NCBI GenBank assembly: GCA_030059675.1
Contig: JANVYQ010000001.1
Coordinates: 160,001 to 224,000 of the forward strand
DNA: 64,000 nt
Direction of reading: 5' to 3'
From: Candidatus Pelearchaeum maunauluense
GTDB taxonomy: Archaea > Thermoproteota > Nitrososphaeria_A > Caldarchaeales > Caldarchaeaceae
Positions 1 through 9,363 of this stretch are shown piece by piece. Under the pieces are notes generated by a model that was not told the DNA's origin, searched no databases, and saw only the letters and a program-made list of their open reading frames with translations. How positions within the stretch are numbered: position 1 is the stretch's first letter; each line of letters begins with the position of its first letter. The translations under genes were made by a program, and so were the position numbers.

Positions 1-612
1 GATGTAGCGATAGACATGCCCGCAGGGCCTACGGAGCTGGTCGTCTACTCTGATGATGAGAGGCTGGCAGAGGACGTGATGTATGAGCTCTGTGCGCAGG
101 CTGAGCATAGCACCGACACACTTGTGGGGCTGGTAACTACGGATGAGCGTCTGGCTTCTGCCGTGTTGGAGGGTATGGAGGTGTTTATGAGCAGGTTTGA
201 GCGGAGCGAGATAATCTCCAAGTCTTGGGATGAGAATGGGTTTGTGGCCACCTGCAAGAGCCGCGAGGCTGCTGCGCGCCTGATAAACGAGATTGCGCCT
301 GAGCATGTATCCATAATCTCCAAAAACCCTTCACGAATGGCTGAGATGATTACCTCCGCTGGCCTCGTATCGCTGGGCGCCCATACATCAACGGCATTAT
401 GCGACTACGTGGTGGGTGTTAATCACGTCCTCCCCACCTCTGGATACGCGAAGCTGCGCGGAGGGCTTAGCATACTTGATTATGTCCGCCTAGTCTTCAG
501 CGTCCGCGCGTCCAAGCGCTCAGCACGTTCTCTGGCTAGGTATGTTGAGGAGCTGGCCTTGGCTGAGGGACTTCCTGGCCATGCTCTAGCCGCGCGTAGG
601 GTTGGTGAGTAG
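1..612 (+). CDS. hisD: Histidinol dehydrogenase, 5' truncated by window edge
   Basis: DMPAGPTE, APEHVSI and NHVLPT motifs; frame open from base 1; upstream of hisC/hisB. Confidence 0.95.
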   Translation, partial: DVAIDMPAGPTELVVYSDDERLAEDVMYELCAQAEHSTDTLVGLVTTDERLASAVLEGMEVFMSRFERSEIISKSWDENGFVATCKSREAAARLINEIAPEHVSIISKNPSRMAEMITSAGLVSLGAHTSTALCDYVVGVNHVLPTSGYAKLRGGLSILDYVRLVFSVRASKRSARSLARYVEELALAEGLPGHALAARRVGE

Positions 613-615
613 CCC

Positions 616-1704
616 TTGAGGCGCGAGGTCCTTGAAGCGCAGAAGAGCAGGCTCGCGGCGATAGCTCCCTTCACACCAGCACCTAGGCCAGAGAGGCGCG
701 AGGAATGGAAGCTAAAGCTGGACGCCAACGAAAACCACTTTATAGATGGCGGCATCCTGAGAAGGATACTGGCGGAAGCCCTAGAAGAGGTTGACCCACG
801 TTTCTACCCCGTTGAGGAGTTTCAGCTACTGCGCGAGGATATTTCACGCTGGCTGGGTGTTGGCTCTGATTTGATTGCCCTAGGCTACGGCGCCGACCAG
901 CTCGTTGAGCTTCTCGTCCAGGCTTTTGGGGTTGGGTATGGTGTTGCCTCAATATCTCCGACGTCCCCCAGCTACGAGACGCGATGCAGGATACTCGGCC
1001 TCAAATACTCGTCAACACCACTACGCGGCGATGGCTTTGAGCTTGATGTTGAGCGCCTCTCGGAGGAGGCGCGGAGGTCTGGCCTGGTCTTCATCTGCTC
1101 CCCCAATAACCCGACTGCAAACCAGTTCAGGCGCGATGATATACTAGCCATCGTTGAGAACGCTGCGTGGGTTGTGGTGGTTGACGAGGCTTACGCCGAC
1201 TTTGGCGAGTATAGCATGGTCGGTGACGTTGAGAGGTATGATAACCTCATAGTCCTCCGCACCTTCTCCAAGTTCTTCGGCCTAGCCGGCCTCCGCGTAG
1301 GCTATCTCATAGCCCCCCGCGATGTTATTGACGCATTCGTCAGGGTTGTTCCACCGTTTAACGTTCCCAGCTTCTCGCTGGCCGCTGCGCGGAGGGCTTT
1401 GCGACACCTTGACCACGCCTTGAAGGCGGTGGAAGAGCTTAAGGCGGAGCGCTCCAGGCTTATACAGCGCCTCAACACGATAAGCGGCGTGAGGGCATTC
1501 CCCTCGCAGGCCAACTTCATATTCCTAACAGCCCACCTAGATTCCTCAATTGCTAGGAGAGCACTATCCGAGTATGGGGTCATGGCCAGGATAATTGAGG
1601 GGATGCCAGGCCTAGGAACCTGCTTCAAGATAACAGTCGGACGGCGCGAGGCTAATGATTCCGTCGTTGAAGCTTTCTCCTCGTTAATGGGTGGTGGTGC
1701 TTGA
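616..1704 (+). CDS. hisC: Histidinol-phosphate aminotransferase
   Basis: LDANEN, CSPNNPT, VDEAY, RTFSKFFGLAGLRVGY PLP motifs. Confidence 0.95.
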   Translation: MRREVLEAQKSRLAAIAPFTPAPRPERREEWKLKLDANENHFIDGGILRRILAEALEEVDPRFYPVEEFQLLREDISRWLGVGSDLIALGYGADQLVELLVQAFGVGYGVASISPTSPSYETRCRILGLKYSSTPLRGDGFELDVERLSEEARRSGLVFICSPNNPTANQFRRDDILAIVENAAWVVVVDEAYADFGEYSMVGDVERYDNLIVLRTFSKFFGLAGLRVGYLIAPRDVIDAFVRVVPPFNVPSFSLAAARRALRHLDHALKAVEELKAERSRLIQRLNTISGVRAFPSQANFIFLTAHLDSSIARRALSEYGVMARIIEGMPGLGTCFKITVGRREANDSVVEAFSSLMGGGA

Positions 1705-2276
1705 GAGCCGCGCGTATGGAGAGGAAGACAGCGGAGACCAGCATAGAGGCTGAGGTAAACCTTGATGGCAAGGGCGTTTACAGCGTGGCGACTGGGATAA
1801 AGTTCCTAGACCACATGCTAGCCACGCTCTCCAAACACTCTCTCATAGACATCAACCTACGCGCCGAGGGAGACCTACGCCACCACATCATAGAGGATGT
1901 GGGCATCGTGCTGGGCAGGGCGTTATCCGAAGCCCTGGGCGAGAGACGCGGCATCAAGAGATTCGGCTACGCCATAACACCGATGGACGAAGCACTAGCC
2001 CTAGCCGCTGTCGACCTCGTAAAGAGGCCGAAGCCAGTAATCAGGCTACGCACAAAGCTAGATGCTGTAGAGGACATACCAGTAAGCGAGCTGGCGCATT
2101 TCCTTGAGAGCTTCGCAACATCGCTGGAGGCGGCGGTGCATGTTAGGGTTTTAGCTGGCGGGGACGACCATCACAAGGTTGAGGCAGCATTTAAGGCGCT
2201 TGCCCTAGCCCTACGCCAGGCTATTGAGCAAGACCCGCGTCGCGTTGGGGTACCATCCACGAAGGGGAGCATGTAG
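1701..2276 (+). CDS. hisB: Imidazoleglycerol-phosphate dehydratase
   Basis: FLDHML, HHIIED, PMDEA, DHHKVEAAFKA, PSTKG. Confidence 0.97.
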   Translation: MRAARMERKTAETSIEAEVNLDGKGVYSVATGIKFLDHMLATLSKHSLIDINLRAEGDLRHHIIEDVGIVLGRALSEALGERRGIKRFGYAITPMDEALALAAVDLVKRPKPVIRLRTKLDAVEDIPVSELAHFLESFATSLEAAVHVRVLAGGDDHHKVEAAFKALALALRQAIEQDPRRVGVPSTKGSM

Positions 2277-2286
2277 AACAAAATAT

Positions 2287-2841
2287 TCATCCATAGAGGA
2301 TGGCGTGAACCTGATGCGGGCCATGAACACCCACCACCAGCCTAAGCTCTATGTCAGCGGTCTTGCTGGGTCCTGAGATTAGCGTGATGACAGCTCCCCG
2401 ATTCTTTATCGTCTCGCTCATCACGCCAGCTAGGTCCTGAAGTCTCTTGACGATGTTCTCCCTGTTTAGGAGGCAGGCGTGTATTCTGGGTATTGTGGAG
2501 ACCAGCCTATCCTTCTGGTCTTGCGTTATCTCCACCAACGTTCCCGTCTCAGCTACCGCGAAGTCTGGCATCGTTATACCAGCGTCGGCCATGTTCATCT
2601 CACGGGGAGCGTTGTTTGAGGGCTCTATCACGTCTATCCCAGCAGACCTGACGCTCCTCAGCACGTGCTCGCGCGCATCGCCTCTCATCCTAGCTACAAC
2701 CACGCGCCTAACTCCCTGGCCAACCAGTAGGTTGGTGAGCGTGAGAACAGCCTCGCCGAATGTGCGCGTCTCATAGACCTTGCCACCCTGCTCGGTGAAA
2801 CGCTCCCTGAAGAGACTAGCCAGCCGCGCGTTTCCAGGCAT
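2287..2841 (-). CDS. LUD-domain (LutC/YkgG-like) protein
   Basis: AETGTLV and ISGPSKTADIE...GVHGP signature. Confidence 0.85.
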   Translation of the reverse strand: MPGNARLASLFRERFTEQGGKVYETRTFGEAVLTLTNLLVGQGVRRVVVARMRGDAREHVLRSVRSAGIDVIEPSNNAPREMNMADAGITMPDFAVAETGTLVEITQDQKDRLVSTIPRIHACLLNRENIVKRLQDLAGVMSETIKNRGAVITLISGPSKTADIELRLVVGVHGPHQVHAILYG

Positions 2842-2955
2842 CGGCTAAACCTCTACATCATGAGCCCCTGAGCCATAATTTTAACCAGATACAAGCCCTC
2901 CCCATTGAAACACTATTAAGCTCCCGCGTGCGTGGGGCTTTAGCGTGGATGGCGC

Positions 2956-4245
2956 TTGAGGCTTATCGCAGACCTACAGCTCCATAGCCGTTTTTCTGGC
3001 GCGACCTCTGATAAGATGCGCGTAGGCGAGATTAGCTATTATGCGCAGCTTAAGGGGCTTAACCTCCTCGGAACTGGCGACGCTCTCCACCCCACATGGC
3101 TTGCGGAGCTTGAGGATAGCCTAGAAGAGCTGGAGGGCTCTGGCCTCTACGTCTCGCGGAGCGGCGAGTATCGTGGAATCTTCTTCATAGTCCAGACGGA
3201 GGTTGCTACAGTCCACGAGCTTGGTGGAAAAGCTAGGAGGATACACCACGTAATCCTGATGCCCAGTTTTGAGATAGCCCACCAGCTCCGCGACCTGCTT
3301 GAGCCTTATGGAAACATAGACGCAGACGGCAGGCCTGTGCTGGAGATAACGCCAGCCGAGCTTGTGGAGATAGTCATGGCAACCTCACGCGATAACTTGG
3401 TCTTCCCAGCCCACGCGTGGACGCCCTGGTGGAGCATCTTCGGAGCCTTCAGCGGCGTTGACAGGGTTGAGGAATGCTACGAGGACCAGACGAAGCACAT
3501 ACACGCGATAGAGACTGGGCTTAGCAGCGACCCGCCCATGAACTATCGCTGCAGCTGGCTGGATAGGTATGTATTGCTGAGTAGCTCAGACGCTCATAGC
3601 CCCTATCCGTATAGAATAGGCCGCGAGGCTGTTGTGTTTGAGCTTCGGAGACCATCCTACCGCGAGCTGGTAGACGCTGTTAGGAGACGTGATAAGAGCA
3701 GGATAAAGATGACGGTTGAGGTTCCGCCTGAGTATGGGAAGTATCACTGGTCTGGCCACCGTAGGTGCGGCTTCGGGCCTGTAAGCCCCTCTGAGGCCAA
3801 GAAACTGGGATACAAATGCCCTGTCTGCGGGAGGAAGCTCACCAAGGGTGTTGACGACAGGGTTGAGGAGCTGGCCGACCGAGAGCCTGGCTACACACCA
3901 CCCGACGCCATCGGCTTCATACGCCTCCTACCCCTACAGGAGCTCATCGCGGTCTCCCTCGGCATGGGGCCTGAGGCAGAGGCGAAGCTGATGAGCCAGA
4001 AGGTCTGGAAACAATACCTAAAGCTCATAGAAGCTTTTGGCAACGAGTTCAACATACTCCTAGACGCGTCTATAGAGTCCATCAGGGAGCAAGCTGGGCC
4101 TAGGCTTGCGGAGCTTATAGCGGCGATGCGTGAGGATAGGCTGAGGTTCACGCCTGGCTATGATGGTGTTTATGGCCGTTTGATGCTTGGTGAGGCGAGG
4201 AGCGAGGGAGCGAAGGCAGGCGGCACGCTTGACCGCTACTACTAG
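2956..4245 (+). CDS. endoQ: Endonuclease Q family (PHP domain plus Zn finger)
   Basis: DLQLHSRFS, GTGDALHP, PAHAWTPW, ETGLSSD, SDAHS, GKYHWSGHRRC..CPVCG, PGYDGVYG. Confidence 0.88.
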   Translation: MRLIADLQLHSRFSGATSDKMRVGEISYYAQLKGLNLLGTGDALHPTWLAELEDSLEELEGSGLYVSRSGEYRGIFFIVQTEVATVHELGGKARRIHHVILMPSFEIAHQLRDLLEPYGNIDADGRPVLEITPAELVEIVMATSRDNLVFPAHAWTPWWSIFGAFSGVDRVEECYEDQTKHIHAIETGLSSDPPMNYRCSWLDRYVLLSSSDAHSPYPYRIGREAVVFELRRPSYRELVDAVRRRDKSRIKMTVEVPPEYGKYHWSGHRRCGFGPVSPSEAKKLGYKCPVCGRKLTKGVDDRVEELADREPGYTPPDAIGFIRLLPLQELIAVSLGMGPEAEAKLMSQKVWKQYLKLIEAFGNEFNILLDASIESIREQAGPRLAELIAAMREDRLRFTPGYDGVYGRLMLGEARSEGAKAGGTLDRYY

Positions 4246-5423
4246 CGCGCCCGCCTTATGAGCTGAGCCAACACAGCACCAGCCAATGAGATTATGGCGG
4301 CCAACTGGAAAGCCGCTGGGAAGCCCAGAGCGTCTATTACATATCCGCCGAGCGGCGCGCCTACAGCCTGGCCCGCGCTGAAGAATATTGTTACGAAGCC
4401 CCCTGCGGCTGAGCGTAGGCGCTGCTCAACCGTATCAGCCGCTGCAACCACTGCCAGCGTCGGCACACTCCACGCTGCTATCCCGAAGATGGCCGCCGAA
4501 AAAGTGGCGAGCTGGGAAGTTCCAGCGGTTATCGCCAGATACGCGATAGCAAGCGTCGTGTATGCCAGGCTTATCGCAGCCCTGCGTCCAATCTTGTCAG
4601 ACGCAAAGCCCCAGATGAAGCCGCTTGAAATGCTCAGCACGCCAGCCATGAAGAATACCCTACCAGCAGTCCCCACCTCCATGCCTATGCCGCTCACCAT
4701 GTAAGCCACCAAGTATGTGATGTAGATTATGTATGACAAACCGTAGGCGAGGTATGTGAGTCCTATAATCCATAGGTGGGGTGAGAAGATGACATCACCC
4801 CAGGCGAGAACTGGTGTATGTGCTCGTTCTCCTCTGGCTGTTGTATCTGGCCTGTCTCTCACCAGCGTTGCCACGAGGAGGGCTATCGCTATGAGCGCCG
4901 CTCCCATGTATATCCATGCATAGCACCATCCCTCTGGCTGCTATGCATGTATTATCGCTGGCACGGCTATTCCAGCCGCGGCGAAGCCAGAGCCTATCCC
5001 AGCGGCCACAATACCAGTAGCCCTTCCCCTCAAGTGTTGTGGGAACCAGATTGATGGGAGAACAACCGCTGGCAGGTAGAGGCCTCCATTTCCAAGCCCA
5101 GTGAAGAGCCGTGTGATTAACGCTGAGAGTGTGTCGGAAACTCTTGACGTTGCTATCATGCTGGCACCCATGAGGAAGGCCGCGGCTGTCATGACAATCC
5201 TTGAGCCGTATCTACTCGCCAAGAAGCCTCCTATCGTGGCAAGCGTCATGTAGCCGAGGAAGTTGCCGAACTCAATAATCCCCATGCTGGTGTAGTCAAC
5301 GCCCAGCGAGGCGCGCATGTCTTCCAACAGTAGCGAGTAGGCGAACCTGCCGAAGCCGTGAGCGCCCAAGACGCTTACAAACGCTACCCCAACGATAACC
5401 CAGCCGTAGTAGATTCTACCCAA
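4242..5423 (-). pseudogene. MFS transporter (YbfB/YjiJ-like) interrupted by one in-frame TAG at 4941-4943
   Basis: ORFs 4941..5423 and 4242..4907 share a frame; junction reads IIHA*QPEGWCYAWIYMG; GFGRFAY and SDKIGRR MFS motifs. Confidence 0.8.
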
Positions 5424-5471
5424 CCAGCATCACCGCGGCCATGAAGGAGAGGAGGGACGCCTCCCCTCTCT

Positions 5472-6293
5472 TTAGAGCCTGTAACCGTATTTCTCGGCTA
5501 CGCGCCTGGCTTCCTCATCCCAGCCCAGCTCAAACAGCCCATCAACGATGTAGCTGAGATAATCATCTCTTGGTCTCTGTCCCTCTACCTTGTAAAGCTC
5601 GGTAGCGACGTAAACATCCGCGTAGTATTGCTGGCCATCCCTGCCATGGACGCGGACAATCCTGCGGGTGTAGTTTTCTGGATAGCCCTCATAGCGGTCT
5701 AGTGTTTTCAGCTCTCTTTGGGTTATTGTGTAGAGAGCGCCATATACCCGCGAGCCCGTGTTTGGCTCTATGTTCGCGCATATTCCGCTGCCGCATCTCT
5801 TGTTGAAGACGAGCTCGTATCCCTCTAGTATTGCTGGTATCCTCCTGGCTGGTTTAACGTTCCTCTCAGCAAGCCTACGCGACGCCATGTTGGAGCCGTA
5901 TGCGAAGTAGTTTAAGCATCCTTTCCCTCCAGCGTAGTCTCCGTCTTCTACTGCTCTAGCGCTCTCCACCTGCTTTCCCGTGTATTCGTAGAACTGCGCA
6001 GACTCGCGGAAGCGTTTTTCCTCATCAAAATAGACATCCACGGCCACGCGTCTGTAGAGGCCGCCTTCAACGTCTTCAACCCTGTCCAGCTCCTCCAGCA
6101 GACTCTCGCTTATCTCATACACCTCTCCCCAGACCCGTCCATCGCCCATAACCGCGCCTGGGTATTCTCCCAGGTCTATGAGCCTATATCCCTCTATGAA
6201 ACCCCTACCCACGAGCCTAGAGCCCTTAAGCCTACCATGCAAGCTGAACCCACACATCAGCAAACCATAGACGAAGAGGAGAAGACTGCGCAT
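5472..6293 (-). CDS. Tandem gamma-glutamylcyclotransferase (GGCT/AIG2-like) domain protein
   Basis: Two GGCT-like units: LFVYG...LDRVE and YFAYGSNM...LDRYEG. Confidence 0.8.
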   Translation of the reverse strand: MRSLLLFVYGLLMCGFSLHGRLKGSRLVGRGFIEGYRLIDLGEYPGAVMGDGRVWGEVYEISESLLEELDRVEDVEGGLYRRVAVDVYFDEEKRFRESAQFYEYTGKQVESARAVEDGDYAGGKGCLNYFAYGSNMASRRLAERNVKPARRIPAILEGYELVFNKRCGSGICANIEPNTGSRVYGALYTITQRELKTLDRYEGYPENYTRRIVRVHGRDGQQYYADVYVATELYKVEGQRPRDDYLSYIVDGLFELGWDEEARRVAEKYGYRL

Positions 6294-6369
6294 AGGGAGT
6301 ATGGTGGAGCGGCTTCCTACTTATCGTTTATCAAGCCCTTTTATATAGCGCTACTACGCCGATTATACC

Positions 6370-6645
6370 ATGCCACACCATATAGAGCTCTTCGTGGGCG
6401 GCTGCCCCCTATGCGAGCGTGTGAAGAATATGATTGAGGTCGGTAAATGCGTTGGCTGCGTGTTGGAGGTTCATGACTTGAGCAGGGATTATGAGAGGGT
6501 TGGTGATAAGGTGCGCGAGTATAGGATACGCTGCGTGCCCACGATAGTTATAGATGGCAGGATTAAGGTTGAGGGGCTTCCAGAGTTCAGCTTCGTGTGC
6601 AGCGATGAGTTTTACCAGTGGCTTGAGAGCGAGTATAAGACGTAG
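6370..6645 (+). CDS. Small thioredoxin/glutaredoxin-fold protein
   Basis: CPLC, second CVGC, VPTIVIDG cis-Pro motif. Confidence 0.75.
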   Translation: MPHHIELFVGGCPLCERVKNMIEVGKCVGCVLEVHDLSRDYERVGDKVREYRIRCVPTIVIDGRIKVEGLPEFSFVCSDEFYQWLESEYKT

Positions 6646-6674
6646 CACACGCCTCCCGCGTGTGGTGTATATCC

Positions 6675-7595
6675 TTGAGCATAAACATAGCTGTTCTAGG
6701 CGCCACGCATGTGGATTATACCCTAGTTGTTGAGCGTCTGCCGCGCGTGGGCGAGACGGTGATAGGGGGAGAGCTGAAGTTCTCGCTAGGCGGTAAGGGC
6801 GCTAATCAGGCTGTAGCAGCCTCACGTCTGGGGGCTGAGACCTTCTTCATAAGCCGTGTCGGCGAAGACGCTCTAGGTGGAGTGGCCATAGAAGGACTTA
6901 GGAAGAACAACGTCCATACCGAGTATGTCTATGCAGACCCAGACCACCCGACTGGGATCGCGCTAATCTTCGTGGATAGGGAGGGTAGGAATATGATAGG
7001 CGTGGCGCCAGGCGTGGATGAGCATATAACACCCAACGACGTTGATAATGCGCGGGAAGCCCTGAGCAGGGCGGCGGTCTTCCTGACCCAGCTTGAGATA
7101 CCCGTAGCGACTGTAGAGTATGCGGTGCGCGAGGTTAAGAGGATGGGGAAGACTGTCATACTGAACCCAGCGCCAGCGAAGCCTCTGCCAGAAAGCCTGC
7201 TCTCATGCGTTGACATACTAACGCCAAACGAGGTTGAGCTGGCCATGCTCACAAACGAGCAGCCGAAAACGCAGAATGGAGTCATAAGCGCCGCGCGCAA
7301 GCTAATAGACAACGGCGTGGGAGCTGTGGTAGTAACGCTGGGCGCCGAGGGGGCGCTACTAGTTACGGAGGAGGCGGAGCTCCACATAAGGGGTGTTAGG
7401 GTGAGCGCGGTAGATACCACAGGGGCAGGCGACGCGTTCAACGCTGCCATGGCTGTTATGCTCGCACGCGGCCGCGAGCTGGACGAGGCTGTCCGCTACG
7501 CAAACTACGCAGGAGCGCTGGCAACAACAAAGCTGGGCGCACAAGAGGCGCTACCCACAATAGAGGAATTGGAACGCTTCCTGGCGAAACGATAA
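6675..7595 (+). CDS. rbsK: Ribokinase
   Basis: GGKGANQA, LNPAP, TPNEVE, DTTGAGDAF; likely start TTG 6675. Confidence 0.9.
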   Translation: MSINIAVLGATHVDYTLVVERLPRVGETVIGGELKFSLGGKGANQAVAASRLGAETFFISRVGEDALGGVAIEGLRKNNVHTEYVYADPDHPTGIALIFVDREGRNMIGVAPGVDEHITPNDVDNAREALSRAAVFLTQLEIPVATVEYAVREVKRMGKTVILNPAPAKPLPESLLSCVDILTPNEVELAMLTNEQPKTQNGVISAARKLIDNGVGAVVVTLGAEGALLVTEEAELHIRGVRVSAVDTTGAGDAFNAAMAVMLARGRELDEAVRYANYAGALATTKLGAQEALPTIEELERFLAKR

Positions 7596-7623
7596 ATTAT
7601 TAAAGAGCAGGGTAGATTGTTGG

Positions 7624-9033
7624 ATGAGCTACGTTGGTCTTGTTGGTTTGGGTGTTATGGGCGAGAACCTTGCTCTTAACATAGCTTCGCGTGGCTTTCA
7701 GGTTTCTGTTTATAATAGGACGCGGGAGAAGACTGAGCGTTTTGCCCAGCGTTTGCAGCGTAGTTCTGCTATTGTTCCGACCTACTCTCTTGAGGAGTTT
7801 GTCTCTTCTCTTGAGAGGCCGCGTAGGGTTATCTTGATGGTTAAGGCTGGCAGGCCTGTTGATGATATTCTTGAAGGGCTTGCTCCCCTGCTTGGTGAGT
7901 GTGATGTTGTCTTTGACTGTGGTAATTCTTTCTTTAGGGATACTGAGCGCCGCCAGGAGTGGCTGGCGCGGCGCGGCATAACGTTCATGGGTGTTGGTGT
8001 GAGCGGTGGTGAGGAGGGGGCGCTTAAGGGTCCTTCGGTCATGGTTGGCGGCGCTCCCTCTGGGTTTGAGGAGTCGCGCGCTATGTGGGAGGCGATAGCT
8101 GCGCGTGTTGATAACGAGCCATGCGCTGGCTATATGGGGCTACGTGGTGCTGGCCATTTTGTCAAGATGACGCACAACGGGATAGAGTATGCCCTTCTAC
8201 AGCTCATAGCGGAGAGCTACGACATCATGACGCGCGGCTTGGGTATGAGTGTTGAAGACGCTATGCAGGTCTTCCGCGAGTGGTGTGATAGCGAGCTGGG
8301 CTCATACCTGCTGGAGATTACCGTAGATGCTCTCTCTGTCGTTGATGGGGAGACTGGTAAGCCTCTTGTGGAGCTTGTGATGGATAGGGCGGAGCAGAAG
8401 GGGACTGGTAAATGGACTTCCCAGACAGCTATGGATGTCGGTGTGCCTGTTCCGAATATTGATGCTGCTGTATCTGCTCGGATAATCTCATCGCTGAAGG
8501 AGCAGCGTGTTAATGCAGCGCGGCTCTATGGTGGTGTGAAGACCAGGATAGAAGGGGGAAGGGAGGAGGTGTTGGAGCTTCTCCGCCCAGCTTATAGCCT
8601 AGCCGTCATAACATCATACGCCCAGGGCTTGGCGCTCATATCAGAGGCCTCGCGCGAATACGGCTATGGAACCAATATGCTGGATGTGGCCAAGGTTTGG
8701 CGCGGGGGCTGCATAATAAGGGCTAGGCTGCTCTACACGATAATCGCAGCTTATGAGCGCACGCCTGGGCTGGTGAATATATTGTTTGATGATGAGATTG
8801 CGAGCTTGGCGCGGGAGTTTGAGCCTAGCCTACGCGAGTTGTTGCGTAGGGTTAAGACAGCTCATATACCGACGCCAGTGATGGATGCTGCGTTGAACTA
8901 TATCACCTCACTACGCCGCGAGAGGCTTCCAGCGTATATAATCCAGGCGCTCCGCGACAGGTTTGGAGCACACGAGTATGAGAGGATAGATAAGCCTGGG
9001 AGATTCCACTCTAGCTGGAGGCCAGGAAGCTAG
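7624..9033 (+). CDS. gnd: 6-phosphogluconate dehydrogenase, decarboxylating, full-length form
   Basis: GLGVMG, YNRT, MVKAG, VSGGEEGA, HFVKMTHNGIEY, QKGTGKW, WRGGCIIR, RDRFGAH. Confidence 0.95.
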   Translation: MSYVGLVGLGVMGENLALNIASRGFQVSVYNRTREKTERFAQRLQRSSAIVPTYSLEEFVSSLERPRRVILMVKAGRPVDDILEGLAPLLGECDVVFDCGNSFFRDTERRQEWLARRGITFMGVGVSGGEEGALKGPSVMVGGAPSGFEESRAMWEAIAARVDNEPCAGYMGLRGAGHFVKMTHNGIEYALLQLIAESYDIMTRGLGMSVEDAMQVFREWCDSELGSYLLEITVDALSVVDGETGKPLVELVMDRAEQKGTGKWTSQTAMDVGVPVPNIDAAVSARIISSLKEQRVNAARLYGGVKTRIEGGREEVLELLRPAYSLAVITSYAQGLALISEASREYGYGTNMLDVAKVWRGGCIIRARLLYTIIAAYERTPGLVNILFDDEIASLAREFEPSLRELLRRVKTAHIPTPVMDAALNYITSLRRERLPAYIIQALRDRFGAHEYERIDKPGRFHSSWRPGS

Positions 9034-9036
9034 GCT

Positions 9037-9360
9037 TTATGCTGGCCTGGATTCGGGTGCCATAACCTCGCACACAGCTTCCAAGAGGCTGTCATAATCG
9101 GCGGATACTCCCATGCGCGCGTTCATCTCCCTTATAATCGCCTTCTCAATATACTTCGCCCCAGTGCCGAACATGCTGTAGAGAGCGTTGACGAAATCCT
9201 TTAGGCGCTTGGGTATTTCTTCGCGCTTAATCCCCCAGCGCCTCTCCAAGTGCCAGAAGATTACCCGCTTGGTCTGCTGCCCCAGCGAGTCCAGCCCCCT
9301 GTCAACGCATTCAAGGAGCCGCGCCTCAACCTCATTATTATTTGGCATCCTAGCATTCAC
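9037..9360 (-). CDS. Small helical protein, NitrOD5/DUF3227-like output domain
   Basis: LDSLG..K.VIFWHLE...F..AL..MFG.GA..IE pattern; directly downstream of KaiC-like gene. Confidence 0.6.
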   Translation of the reverse strand: MNARMPNNNEVEARLLECVDRGLDSLGQQTKRVIFWHLERRWGIKREEIPKRLKDFVNALYSMFGTGAKYIEKAIIREMNARMGVSADYDSLLEAVCEVMAPESRPA

Positions 9361-9363
9361 CGC

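Noticed and set aside
610-618. hisD-TAG-CCC-hisC in frame, suggesting a readthrough fusion
   Set aside because: hisC has its own GGTGAG ribosome-binding site; the same stop-3nt-start spacing occurs at lysW-lysX, where TAG must terminate
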